A model generated the notes under the pieces. That model was not told where the DNA came from, made no database searches, and was given only the letters and a program-made list of their open reading frames with translations. A DNA stretch of 64,000 nucleotides from Octopus sinensis (Eukaryota): positions 16,864,001-16,928,000 of the forward strand of contig NC_043024.1 in NCBI RefSeq assembly GCF_006345805.1, given 5' to 3'. A program made the translations under genes and the position numbers. This document shows positions 12,380 to 25,552 of the stretch, in pieces (positions within the stretch are counted from its first letter, which is position 1; every line of letters begins with the position of its first letter).

Positions 12380-13510
12380 GTATGTTTGTGTGTGTATATA
12401 TACTATATATATATATATATGTATGTTTGTGTGTGTATAATATATATATATAATATATATGTATGTTTGTGTGTGTATATATATATATATATATATGTAT
12501 GTTGTGTGTGTATATATATATATATATATGTATGTTTGTGTGTGTATATCTATATATATATATGTATGTTTGTGTGTGTATTATATATATATATATATGT
12601 ATGTTTGTGTGTATGGGTATATATATATATATATATATGTATGTATATGTATATATACATGTGCAGGATTCAGTGTGTGTATGTGTGTATATGAGTGCGT
12701 GTATAAATATATATATATATATTTTGTTGTGTGTGTTATATATATTATATATATAATATATATATATATGTATTTTGTGTGATATAATATATATATATAA
12801 TATATATATATGTATGTTTGTGTGTGTATATATATATATATATTATATATGTATGTTTGTGTGTGTATATATATATAATAATATATATGTATGTTGTGTG
12901 TGTATATATATATATCTATATGTAGTTTGTGTGTGTATGTATATATATATTATAATATATATATGTATGTTTGTGTGTGTATATATATATATATATATAA
13001 TATATATATATATGTATGTTTGTGTGTAATGATATATAATATATAATATATATATGTATGTTTGTGTGTATATATATTATATATATTATATATGTATGTT
13101 TGTGTGTGTATAGATATATATATATATATATTATGTATGTTTGTTGTGTAGTATATATATATATATATATATGTATGTTTGTGTGGTATATATATATATA
13201 TATATATGTATGTTGTGTGGTGTTTTATATATATAATATATTATGTATGTTGTGTGTGTATAGATAATATATATGTATGTTTGTGTTGTGTGTGTATTAT
13301 ATATATATATATATGTATGTTTGTGTGGTATATATATATATATATATATATTGTATGTATATGTATATATAGATGTGCAGGATTCAGTGTGTGTATGTGT
13401 GTATATGAGTGCGTGTATAAATATATATATATATATTTATCTATATGAACATCTGCATACACAACTATATATATATATATATTAATATATATACATATAT
13501 ATACATACAT
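12340..13510. repeat. AT-rich minisatellite (~35-bp units built on atatatgtatgtttgtgtgt) with a ~714-bp higher-order duplication
   Basis: The block gtgcaggattcagtgtgtgtatgtgtgtatatgagtgcgtgtataaa occurs at 12661 and 13375. Confidence 0.9.
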
Positions 13511-13559
13511 GTATATGCATGCACACTTTCACACACGCAACTTGTAGCACATTACGTTG

Positions 13560-15110
13560 CTGGCAGTGGTGCAGTTTCTTGACTTCCACGAACCTCAAGA
13601 ACTTTTATGCTGGCTTTACTATGACCATCTTCGTCTGTGTAACAAACCAGTCACAAGAGATGACACACAAGTATTCCATTCCATTGTGCTTTGCATTTAT
13701 GGGATGCTCAAAACCTTTTGTAAGGCCTGTCTGGAAAGCACTTGAGAACTAGTGGAGTTGACGAGGCTCACCTTGACATCATTAAACACATCTTACAATG
13801 AAGCAATGTCCATGATCTGCTTCTAAATGGACAGCGAAAGTATCAAGGTGGCAGGAGATACATGGCAAGGTGACAACACCTCTGCTAGGTTATCTATAAA
13901 ATACTTATGTGATGTTGTCATGTAAAAGACCGAGTGGGGAAAATGAAGACACAGAGATAAATATGCGTACACCCCTGCCACCTGACTTTCGATGGTGTTG
14001 GTCATTGACTCAATCTCAGAACTGCAAATGATGTTGCAGAACATCAGTCATAATGTAACTCTTGTATAAATGCAATATATGTATGAGGGGGGTGAGGTGG
14101 GGGCTGAATGGTTCCTGGCTTTCGGCAAAAGAAAATACAGGAAGAATCAGTTAATTATGATTTTATCCAACATATTCCCCTCTCAGATTCACACACTTAT
14201 TGCAGCAGTCTCAGTTTTTCTAAACCCTGTAAAAGAACTTAGAAGGTTGGGCCCCCAACCAGGCCTTTTGCAATGGTCTGAAAGCCAGGAGCTTTTCAGC
14301 AACTCCCTCATACCACCACTTGTGAATTGTTGGTGGGTTTATGTAACTGTAACTTAGCGGTTCAGCAGAAGAGACCAATAGAATTAGCATTAGACTTTAA
14401 AATAAAAAATAAGTATTGGGGTGTGACTAAAAATCCTTGAAGGTGGTGCCCCAGCATGGCCACAGTCTAATGATTGAAACATGAAAAAGTAAAAGCGAAA
14501 GATGTATCTTGGCAAAACTGAAGTCATTTGAAATTTTATTGCGAATAACTCGACAACAACATCTACATCAATGGAAGAGTGACTGAGGAAGTTCATGTCT
14601 ACATTTACCTTGGACTGAGGGTGATAAAGGATCTTCACTAAGAACTGACAGTGTGATGGAGAACGAAAGTGCGCTGGATCACATTCCCTAATCTGGATGT
14701 CATTGAGGTACAGACATGCACCGTTACGGCTCAAAGCACACAAGGAATTTATTCGTTCAGTCACCCGTTACAAGTAAGAAATTTTGTGATTCAGTGATAC
14801 ACTGTTGCAAAGACGATCCAGAATCCAACACAAGATAGAACTCACATTGCTGCACAAAACGAGGCCCAATGGATCTGAGACAACCCAGAGTTCATTGATA
14901 TAATCCCCTTGGTCAAGTGGCAGGAACATAAGTGGATGGGGGTACATCTAAAGAGCATAAGACAATTGAGGAACCAGACAGCTGATAGCATGGTGATCCT
15001 TTGACTCCAAGCATCTAAGAGATCATTTGAACTGAAATGAAGGTTGTTAGGTGCCAGTGATTGGATCCAGACAGCCAAAGATGGATGGTGGAGAGCAGAG
15101 TTGAGAGGGG
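13560..15110 (+). pseudogene. Degenerate RTE-clade LINE reverse transcriptase, split by a SINE/unique insertion at ~14050-14500
   Basis: Frameshifted motifs in canonical order: KYSIPLCFAF..VWKALEN*GVDEAHLDIIKHI/YNEA..QGDNTSARL..ELQMMLQNI; KTEVI..INGRVTEEV..YLG; DIIPLVK..HKW. Confidence 0.75.
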
Positions 15111-15139
15111 GTGGATCTTTTATCTTTTATTTGTTTCAT

Positions 15140-15590
15140 ACATCAGACTGTGTCCAAACTGGGGCACTGCTTTGAAGAATTTTAGTTAAACGAATTTACT
15201 CCAGAACCTGTTTCTTTTTTTCAGCCTGCTACTTTTTCTGTCAGTCTCATTTCCCAAACTGCTAGGTTATGGGGATAAGTGATGTAAACGCACCAACACT
15301 GGTTGTAACAAGGGGACAAAAACAAACACAAAGAGATGCACTCACAAACATACATACACACAAACAGACACACACATCTGTGTGTGTGTGTATATATATA
15401 TATATTATATATATATATAAATGACGAGTTTCTTTCGGTTTCCATGTACCAAATCCACCCACAAGGCTTTACTTGTCCTGAGACCATAGTAGAAGACATT
15501 TGCTCAAGGTGCCTTGCAGTGGGACTGAACACAGGACCATGTGGATGGGAAGCAAACCTGTTACCTCACAGCCACAGCTATGCTTGTACA
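15140..15590 (-). mobile_element. SINE family A copy
   Basis: Reverse match to the family A head and tail. Confidence 0.8.
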
Positions 15591-15774
15591 TGTATGTTGC
15601 TGAAGAGGATGATGATGATATATCCACACACCCATACACACATATTTAGACATGCATATTTATATATACACGCATGTATATACATATGTATACACATACA
15701 CAAACACACAGATGCGTGTGCACATGCTTGTGTGTGTGAATAAATATCTATATATGTGTATGCATATATGTAGG

Positions 15775-15807
<33 letters not shown>

Positions 15808-16459
15808 ATGTTTGCAGCTTCATTCCACAATGAAGTCAGCAGTTGCAGCTTCCCAGCAAGATCAGAGAACCGTTTCCTGTGAGATATTGGTCTGGAACAG
15901 AAACAGCTGAAGACAGGCATTGCAACCGAGACCATCTCAGAATGATTGTAATTAACAAGGAATTGCAGATGGAACCCTCCCAGAAGCAAAGATTAATTCA
16001 CTCGCTCCTCATTGCCCCATTCCTGTGAAGCATATAGGTCAGGGGCTGAAATGCATGTTGCCCTGGGGCAGCTGCAGAAGATGGGGAAGGGTTTTAAGCA
16101 ATGTGATATTTAATCATCATTAAGAGAAGAGCTTGCAATATCTTTTAAGCAGCTCTGGAGGATCTTGCTTGGAGCAAAGCATCTGTCATGTTTGTTTCAC
16201 CTGTATACACACCTCACCTATTACACACATTACACATGTGTGTATGTATCTATAGTTATATAAGCACAAATATGTGTGTATATATATATGTATATATATG
16301 GCAAATGAAAGACAGAAGATGGAATATGCAAGAATTTATTATTAACAATAAATCCTTGTATATTACATCTTCTGTCTTTCATTTGTTATTTACCTAACAA
16401 TCACTGTGAAAGTCACCGTGCTTTACCAGTAAGCTACCAGGTACGAACCATTCATTTTA

Positions 16460-17680
16460 TTATCCATTATACATATATATATATATATATATATACATAT
16501 ATATGCGTATGTGTATGTATGTATATACATACATACACACACATATATATATATACATACATACATATATATGTACACACGCACACACATATATCTACAC
16601 ATTTACAGACACTCAAATACATACATACACTTTACACACACTCACACACATACATGCACGCATGTATACGTGATTATAGATATGTTGAGAAAGATCTCAT
16701 AGTTAAGGCATGCCTCAACTCTGAGATCTTGTATTGATTTATGAATTTCTGTTCTGATTCCATTTCATAGAATGGTTTTCATGTTTGATTAAAGAACAGA
16801 AAACCACAACTACTTGGTCATTGTAGAAAATGGTGAAGTTTCTAAAAGAATGTAAAGAATTCACCATATACACATCCACACACATACGCAATCCGCAATC
16901 TCTCTCTCTTTCCACACACACACACACACACGCATGCATGCACCGGTGATGTCTTCTGTATGAAAGCCAAACATACAATGCATGCTTAAGCTATATCAGT
17001 CATCCACTTTTGTCTCTGTTGCAAAGAACCAATCAGATTTTCAACATAAATCTTGCATTTCTTTGAGAGAGACAACTTGAATAACGGTTGAAAGTTAGCG
17101 TATTATATGTACACGATATACCCACCGTATATACCCTGCAGTGATTATATGGCTTTGAATTTTAATATCAAATGCACAAGCTATGGTATTATGACTCAAT
17201 CTCTTGCCCCCCTCCTCTCTGTCCCTCATCATATATGTAGGTACATATATGTAGGAATATATATATAGTTATATATATACATATATATATACCTACATAT
17301 ATGATGAGGGACACAGAGAGAGAGAGAGAGAGGGCAGGAGATTGAGTCATAATACCATAGCTTGTATGTATGTATGATGTATATATGTATGTATATGTAT
17401 GTATGTATGTATGTATGTATATATATGTATGTATATGTATGTATATGCACGTATGTAAGTATGTATGAATATATATGTAGTTATATATATATATATGTAT
17501 GTATGTATATGTATAAGTATGTATGTATGTATATATATATAAGTGTATGTGTATATACATGTGTGTGTGTTTATATATGTACATATATGTATGTATATAT
17601 GTACATACATACATACATATATGTGTATGTATATATATATGTATGTATGTATGTATGTATAGATAGACAGATAGATCTGT
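16460..17680. repeat. Clusters of (TA/CA/TG)-rich degenerate microsatellites, including a fold-back at 17176-17365
   Basis: Read directly. Confidence 0.85.
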
Positions 17681-18216
17681 AATCCAAGATGCGTCCTCTT
17701 GAGGCATGTCTGCTTATTCCAGTATTCCAAATCCGTATGTAGATCTTATAATTGTGTGAGACGTGCAGAAGGGTTGAAAAAGACGGGAAAATAGTATTTG
17801 CAGAGTAATTATGTATCAAAACAAGAGATTGGAAAAACTTTTTGTTATTATCTATTCACCATTACATGAAAAGAATGTAAAACATCTATAAAAAGTTCTT
17901 GAGATAGAGAATCGAAATACAAAGTTTACACTTGGAGGAGGCTGCATAAGGCAGGAAAGTATTTTCCTATTGCTTAGTGTCGTACATGTCATTGCAATGT
18001 GGGGAGTATGTATGCATACATATATGTGTGTATGTTAGCATGTGTGGAATCGTTTGTCTAGTGATTAAGGTGATTCTTAGAGAAGTAATTTACTTCATGA
18101 GTATCGGAAATTTTAACATGCATACACACACGCGTAATGCAGGTGATGACAGGTATTTAAGAAACCTAATAAAATTTTTTTTAAATTTACCAAATTGGAA
18201 AAAAACTCAATATATA

Positions 18217-18372
18217 GGCGTAGGAGTGGCTGTGTGGTAAGTAGCTTGCTTATCAACCACTTGGTTCCGGGTTCATTCCTACTGCATGGCACCTTGGGCA
18301 AGTGCCTTCTACTATAGCCTCAGGCCAACCAAAGCCTTGTGAGTGGATTTGGTAGATAGAAACTGAAAGAAG

Positions 18373-18423
<51 letters not shown>

Positions 18424-18638
18424 GTGTGTGTGTATGTGTTTGTGTGTCTCCCCCCAACATCGCTTGATAACCGATGCTAGTGTGTTTACGTCCCCGTAAC
18501 TTATCAGTTCGGCAAAAGACACCAATAGAATAAGTACTAGGATTACAAAGAATAAGTCCTGGAGTCGATTTGCTCGACTAAAGGCGGTGCTCCAGCATGG
18601 CCACAGTCAAATGACTGAAACAAGTAAAAGAGTAAGAG
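18217..18638 (+). mobile_element. SINE family A, full copy
   Basis: Close match to the other copies. Confidence 0.9.
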
Positions 18639-18674
18639 TATATTTTTAAAAATGTAGGCATATGCAGCCAGGGC

Positions 18675-19079
18675 TAGGGCTGGATTAATATCCATTGAGG
18701 CCCTAAGCACTTAAAAGATTTTGGTGTCCCATAAAAGATTATGTAATTCAAAATATAAACAATAACAAACCATAAAATAAATTTTTATTTTTCAAGACAA
18801 TACAAAACCGTAAGAGAGAAAATGTTTTTTTTTTTTTTTTGTATACTTTCATTTTATTTATATTTGAAAATTTTCCTCCCACTTTTTTGAATTGTAAATG
18901 CTTTGTTCAGACCCTCAAAATTAATCTTAGGTAACACATCTGCATCTATACTTAGAGATAAAGGCTTACCAAATATTATGTTAGCAAATTTAAAGTGATT
19001 TGCCATGTCTATGGTGCCCCCTCCTTCCCTTGATGCCCTAAGCACGGGCTTATTTTGCTTAATGGTTAATCCAGTGCTG
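18675..19079 (-). mobile_element. Non-autonomous hAT derivative retaining the transposase C-terminus
   Basis: TIRs agggctggattaa / ttaatccagtgctg; LSLSIDADVLPKINFEGLNKAFTIQKSGRKIF resembles the hAT dimerisation-domain end. No clean 8-bp TSD. Confidence 0.65.
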
Positions 19080-19822
19080 ACTAGGACACTTAATACCAGC
19101 CCCAGCCATGGCCAAAATGGTTCACATTTAACCTGTGTAGCAGTCCTGTCTTAAGGTGCTGAAATTGTCATTACCTCTGTGTGATAGCTGATGAAGAGAG
19201 TACTGTGTTTGTGTCAGTTTTGTTTCAGTTCTGTTTCTACCTCCTTATAAATTTTCTTTGTCCTCTATGCCTACTTTCTTGAATTTTGGTCACTAAAGTA
19301 GGTTATATGTTGCCCTACACTTTCACTTTACATGCCAATATACCCTACTCTCTCTCTCTGTATACACACACTCACCTTTGCTCTCTCCTTGCCATTTACC
19401 CTGATTTCTCTGTTGCCGCTAAGACATTTGCTTCAAATCACTCTGCTTTAAGTTCAATCACACTGTTCTGTACATCAAATATTTTCCAAAAACATAGTTT
19501 TGTGAGTGAAGTTTTGCAGGCAGACATGAGTGGAAGTCTGCTGTGCACACACACACATACACACACACACACACAGAGGCACTTTGTCAGTTTTAAAGGC
19601 TTCTGCAATGGAGAAGATCCTTTTGTTGGAAACAGGTAAGGGTTGATGATAGAAAGAGCATCCAGCCATAAAATGCTTCCTCAAAATAACCCAGCAGCCA
19701 CACTCTGGAAAAATCAAGAAAACAGACACGGAATTAATGAAAGAATATATATGTATATATGTATATGCATATGTATGCATGTATGTACAGACACACATAC
19801 ATAGGTGCATGCTTGCAAACAT

Positions 19823-19859
<37 letters not shown>

Positions 19860-21325
19860 AATATAAAATTGGTGTTGAAGCAATGTTGTGTCCCTTAATG
19901 TCACCCAGCGTTTCAACAAATGAAATAAACTGAAATGAATTGCCCCAGAATGGCTGTAGTCCAATGACTGAAACCAGAGAAAGGAAAGAGGTATGGGTCC
20001 AAGTGCACACGGCCAGAATATTGGCACTCTTTAGAGAATATTGTGGGAAAGGCTTTTGTGAGTTCAAGTGCAACCCCACTCCAGTTCTTCTCATCTCCCC
20101 TTCTTCTTCTTCTTCTTCTTCTTCGTTGTCATCGTCTTCTCCTCCTTCTTCTCCACCGTTTTCTTTTTCTCGTCCTCTCCCCCCTCTCCCTCCACATTCC
20201 CGCCCATCCCCACCTCCGCACCTCTCTTCCCATCCCTTTTCAATCCAAAGTAGGATAGTTTCTACGTTTCCCTGCACACGCGTGTCTATATATGTGCACG
20301 CACGCATGCGTGCATGTATGTGTGTGTGTATATCAGTTTTATTCTCAACGAAAAGAACTAGTGCAGCAGCGCTCCCTGCAGCTTAGTTTCCATCGCCAGA
20401 GAAAAAGGATGGCGTTAGTGCTCTCCCCTTGTCACGACTGACTCAGCTGATTCTGACAAAGTTAAAGAAAATAACGGGACCCCATAAAAGGGAATGGCCA
20501 AATCCACCTCATCGAGATTCGAACTCAGAACACGGACAGGCAGTATTCGTCGTTTTCCTTATTTGTCATTCTAAGAGCGTCACCGATCGTGTCCAAATAA
20601 TTTAATAAAAAACATGTCTTGTTTTTCTGCAGTTTAAATTCTATTCAACAATGAATCTACGATACCAGTAGAGATTTTGGAAATTAAACTTATTCCGTGG
20701 TCTCCATTGATAGTTTCAAATGAGTTGTTTCTTTTTTTTTTTTTTTTTTCGCACCTGGAAATCTGAAATAAGTTTTAGTTTAAAAGAATGACATAAGCAG
20801 TTACCTCCCTTGATAATAACACCATTCTTTTTACCTGGATTTCAAAGTTTCTTTGACTACGACGACCAGGACAGGTGATACTTACTATTGTTGTTTCTGT
20901 TGATTAACCTCCTGGTCAGTCGCGACCAAGGTGTTCCAACCATGACCATCCATATGTCACGAAATCAAACTTCAAATGTAGCATTTATTTAGAATATGAA
21001 GTTAGAAGAAATGTCTTCTATGCTAACGGTTCTGTCAGCTCACCACCTTCAGTAAAAGGGTTGGTGCAAGCATCTCTTGCTAAAGCTATGGGATGGTCCA
21101 CCGATTGTGAACGAAATTGAATCAAAACTCAATCAGCTGAATATTAGCTCAATCTGGCTTTGGGTGGAGGAAACTTTGTCAGTCATTTCATTTAACACAG
21201 TCACTGGGTCCTAGGCTACCTTGAGCAGAACTATCTACTCTGTTCTAAGTATTTAGCCCAGACAGGGGCACCAATCTGAGGTTAAGCTGATAACCTGATG
21301 TTTGCTTTTTATTGTAGTTACTTAC

Positions 21326-21517
21326 AAGTCCTGATTTGTTCCTCCTTTCCAGCAGTTTCAAAGGCCCAGCAAAATTGTTTTGGCCACTGTCCTTTCATTT
21401 CTGAGTTATAAAGGACAAACAATGTTTTGTTCAGCAAAATGTCACCTCGGTGAGGAATACGAGGAAGTGACCTTCCCTGAGGTTTCCAGGAGCACATAAA
21501 CATCAGATGGCAAGGCA
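21326..21517 (-). CDS. Internal exon of an unidentified minus-strand gene (PCHLMFMCSWKPQGRSLPRIPHRGDILLNKTLFVLYNSEMKGQWPKQFCWAFETAGKEEQIRT)
   Basis: Acceptor gacttttctcag|, donor t|gtaagt, 192 nt, phase 1-1, single open frame. Confidence 0.7.
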
Positions 21518-23179
21518 CTGAGAAAAGTCTGGTGATTTTATATTAATATCCCCTTTAAATTCTGAATTTGAGTCGTGCTCAGATTGTTTGCCTGTCATCC
21601 TTTTCCAAGGCTGATAAAATAATGTAACATTCAAATCCTGAAATTGAATTAAAAACTTTCTTTAAACTGGCTTAAATGTAAATGGAATCATAAAAGACCA
21701 ATTCTGCTTTTCAACTTTCTGCGATTGATAGAATAAAGTAGCTGTCAGATGCTGGGGTCAAATGAACTTACTACAGCAACCCCAATCTATCTGTTTCTGA
21801 GTTCAAATCTTATCAACGTCTGTCAGCTTTCCTTTTTCATTCCATCACAGTGGATAAAACCTGTCAATTATAGGGGTCGATATAATCAACTCATCTTTCT
21901 TCTGGTGTTTTATCTTTTAAACTGATTTTGTAAGTGAGTTTGTCACAATTTAGTTGCATCTGATTAAATGCTGAGTCCGAATCCAGCTAAAGCCATACTT
22001 TTCCATCCTTCCAGAACCGATAAAGAGGATAAGAATTTGGTATTCTTGTTGTTGGTTAGTCCCAGGTCAGTTCTGATCAAGTATACATAACCTAAGTTAC
22101 ATCTTTTTATCAAATCTTAAGAAGAGTCTAGCAAAATCGACCAGTTGAACAGTCAAGGGAGATAACTAACTCCCACCAGGTATTTTCACATTAAATTTGT
22201 CTTAACAAATATTATTTTGCCTTAGAGATTTGTCAGAGTTTTTTCCCTTGGACCATATAAACACTTTCACTTTCGTTTTCATTTTCCAAACGACTTTTTC
22301 TTTATGTTTTTCCATGTTTTATTTTAGTAGATTAGGGTTTGGTGACTCTGGCCATTATAAATTGAAATATGTATCATCATCATTTAACACCCATTTTTAT
22401 GTGACATGTGTATATATACATATCTATATATATATTATGCTTTCGGTTAAACGAATGAAAGCGCTAATAAAGAATTACCCAAAATTCTGACTGCCTCCTT
22501 TTTCTTAATACACCATATCTGTACATAACATCAAACACTCTCTACATACATACATACATACACACATATATACATGCATGCATGCATACACACACATGCA
22601 TGCATACACACACACATACATTCTTTGACTTGTTTCAGTCATTTTAACTGAAGCCATGCTGGAGCGCTGCCTATTAGTCGAACAAATCAACTCCTGGACT
22701 TGTTCTTTGTAAGCCTAGTACTTATCCTATTGGTCACTTTTGCTGAACTGCTAAGTTATGGGGACGCAGATGCAGACCAAGGCTACAGTAGAAGACACCT
22801 GCCCAAGGTGCCATACATATATTATATACCCTACTGGTTATATATATATATATATATATATATTATTGCATACACGCAAACATTATTCTCTTAGATTAAT
22901 TTTCCCTCTCTTCCTCTCTCTCTCTCCCTCCATACACACTCACACAAAACCTTGTTTTTCATTTTGTTTCTGTGTAATCAAGTTTGATGCTATACTCATA
23001 TATGCATACATAGGTGTATAAGTATGTACATACATGCTTTTCACAAACTTTCAAAGCCAGCAGAATTATTATTAAAAACTGTATGGAAGTTTTATCATTA
23101 AAAAAGTTTATTATTGAATATTTTTCCTATCCACTTATGATTAAAGTTTTCTATAATGATACAGAACAATATTGTCTAC

Positions 23180-23286
23180 CCTGAGGAAATGGTTCTGGAC
23201 TTTGGGGATTTCTCTTCAGGAAGAAATCATCACATCTGCTTTTGATATTGTCATTATATTGGAGAATCATTGGAATGGAAATGTTT
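23180..23286 (-). CDS. Internal exon of the same gene (NISIPMILQYNDNIKSRCDDFFLKRNPQSPEPFPQ)
   Basis: Acceptor ctttattttttttttag-type poly-T tract ending tag|, donor g|gtagac, 107 nt, phase 2-1, joining in frame to the 21517 exon. Confidence 0.65.
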
Positions 23287-23334
23287 CTAAAAAAAAATAA
23301 AGACAGAAATTGTTCAGACATCTAGTTAAAAAGT

Positions 23335-24505
23335 ATATATATTAATGCGTATGTGCGCATGTGTATTTGTGTATGTGTGTGTGTGTTTATATATCTGACC
23401 AGAGATTTCTTGATTATTGATATATAACAGTAATACCTTGATATGTGAGTTAAATTGTTCCTGGAGACTGCTCGTAAAACAAAGACTTGTAAAGCAGAGC
23501 AATAATTTCCCATAGTAGCAATGTAATACATTGTAATTCCTTACCAGAAAAATACTTTACCCATAAAATGTATAATACTCATAAATAAATTGTAATAAAA
23601 CAACAGTAGAATGTAAAGAGAAAATCTTCAGCAAGACTTCCTCCCCACCCCTTTTTCACATTTTTTACACCACCCCACTTTTGGCTAGGGGGAATACGAA
23701 TCTGCCAAAAAATTGACATTTTTAAATGACTACTCCACCCCCATTTCCTTCATTTTTTATTGTATTCAGAAATTTCTATTTCAAAATATGCAGGAAAATA
23801 CAAAGATTATGATTCTGAAAAAAATTTTCAAAAATTTTCATTAAATTTTTTTTTTGTAAATATGCGGAAAAATACAGACATTATGATTCGGACAAAAATT
23901 TGAAAACGTTTCTGTAGTTACAGTTAGGGTTCGGGTTAGGGTTCGGGTTAGTGTTGGGGAGAAAGTCAAAATTAAAGAATTTGGTGGGGGAAGAGGGGTG
24001 GGTTAACAGTGCCAATTTTGGGCAATTTTCCGGAACCTCCGTATCCAAAAACAGGGGTTTTTGCAAAAAAAAAAAATTTTTTTTAATAACAGATTAGGGA
24101 GAAAATGTCGTGGGGTTGGGACGGGCAGCAGTCTTTCCAAATATTCTTTACATTCTGCTGTAAAGTAAAAAGAATGTCAAGATCATTTATAATAAAAAAT
24201 ATATACATTAATGCGTGTGTGCGCATGTATATTTGTGTATGTATGTGTGTGTATATTTGTGTATGTGTGTGTGTGTGTTTATATATCTTACCAGAGGTTT
24301 CTTGATTATTGATATATAACAGTAATGCCTTGATATATGAGTTAAATTGTTCCTGGAGACCAGAAAATACTTTACCCATAAAATTTATAATACTCATAAA
24401 TAAATTGCAATAAAACAACAGTAGAATGTAAAGAACAAATATTCTTTACATTCTACTGTTAAGTAAAAAGAATGTCAAGATCAATTACAATAAAAAAATA
24501 TTATT
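23335..24505. repeat. Local direct duplication (~300 bp; copies ~23335-23630 and ~24195-24445, plus a short third partial) flanking an inserted ~490-bp element
   Basis: Near-identical ttgattattgatatataacagtaat..ccttgatat..gagttaaattgttcctggagac in both copies. Confidence 0.9.
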
Positions 24506-24654
24506 ACTATTATAATCGTTTTCTGAATCACTTTTGCTTGCTCTGGACTTGTGCACACCATCTCTTGTAGACACAATCGCTGATTCCCAAACACTCGTAG
24601 ACAGACGTGCAGATTTCTCTTTAAAGACTAATTTGATTTATTTTCTAAGAAGAA

Positions 24655-24810
24655 GCTTTTAAGGTGGTATGATAGACGTTCTGAGTTCAAATTCCGCTGC
24701 GGTCAACTTTGCCTTTCATCCTTTCGAGGTCAATTAAATAAGTACCAGTTACGCACTGGGTTCGTCCCCTCTGTGTGTGTAGCCCTTGTGGGCAATAAAG
24801 AAATAAGAAG
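24655..24810 (+). mobile_element. 5'-truncated SINE family B
   Basis: gttctgagttcaaattccgc..gtcaactttgcctttcatcctttcgaggtc..aagtaccag core. Confidence 0.85.
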
Positions 24811-25069
24811 AAGCTTTTTTTTTTGTTCTCTATAAATTTATCGGTAACACGCAGAAGCATTTGTTATGGTACGCTTTGTTTTTGGATTTTGTGCTTGAAA
24901 AATAAGACTCGCAAACCCAGGGTCTCATAAAGCAGATTCTCATAATGTGAGTTATTACTGTATCTACATTTGTTAAATTCCTGTTTGTTTGTCCATGTTT
25001 GAGTATTTTCTATAGTCATATGTAATAGGTTGTGGAGACAGGGGTTTATCTGACCTTGTCAAATCCACC

Positions 25070-25552
25070 TTAACCCTTTTGTTACCAACCCAGCTGAAAC
25101 TTGCTCTGGTTCTGAATACAAATGTCTTGTTTTCATACGTTTTGAATTAAAATCTTCCACCATTCATTAGTCACAATTTATGCTCCTAACATTAGCTGAA
25201 TGATAGCTAAGTTATTTTACTAAATTCTTTGTTATATTTAAAATTAATTGAAAGAAACACAGAGCACCTCAACAGAAATACGGCAACAAAAGGGTTAAAA
25301 TATATAATAGAGAAGCAATTCTTAACCCTTTTGTTACCAACCCGGTTGAAACTGGCTCTGGCTCTGAGTACAGATGTCTTGTTTTCATAAGTTCTGAATG
25401 AAAATCTTCCACCAAACCTTAGTCACAATTTATGTTCCTAACACTAGCTTAATGATAACTGAGTTATTTTACTAAATTCTTTGGTATATTTAAAGTAATT
25501 GAAAGAAACACAGAGCACCTCAACAGGAATACAGTAACAAAAGGGGGGTTAA
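25070..25552. mobile_element. Two adjacent piggyBac-like MITEs (25070-25298, 25322-25552)
   Basis: TTAA-CCCTTT...AAAGGG-TTAA ends; the two copies are mutually homologous. Confidence 0.85.

Noticed and set aside
19175-19292. Minus-strand exon with good sites (ctactttag| ... gag|gtaatg)
   Set aside because: Stops in all frames, including two in the phase-compatible frame.
19599-19635. Plus-strand exon ending cag|gtaagg
   Set aside because: It lies in a repeat related to the LINE-tail family.
20690-20762. Terminal exon after the 21326 exon (cttatttcag|ATTTCCAG...)
   Set aside because: The frame depends on an unreliable 18-nt homopolymer and gives only a short poly-Lys tail.
23924-23951. Interstitial telomere or fusion site
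   Set aside because: Only about four degenerate units inside an apparent transposon.
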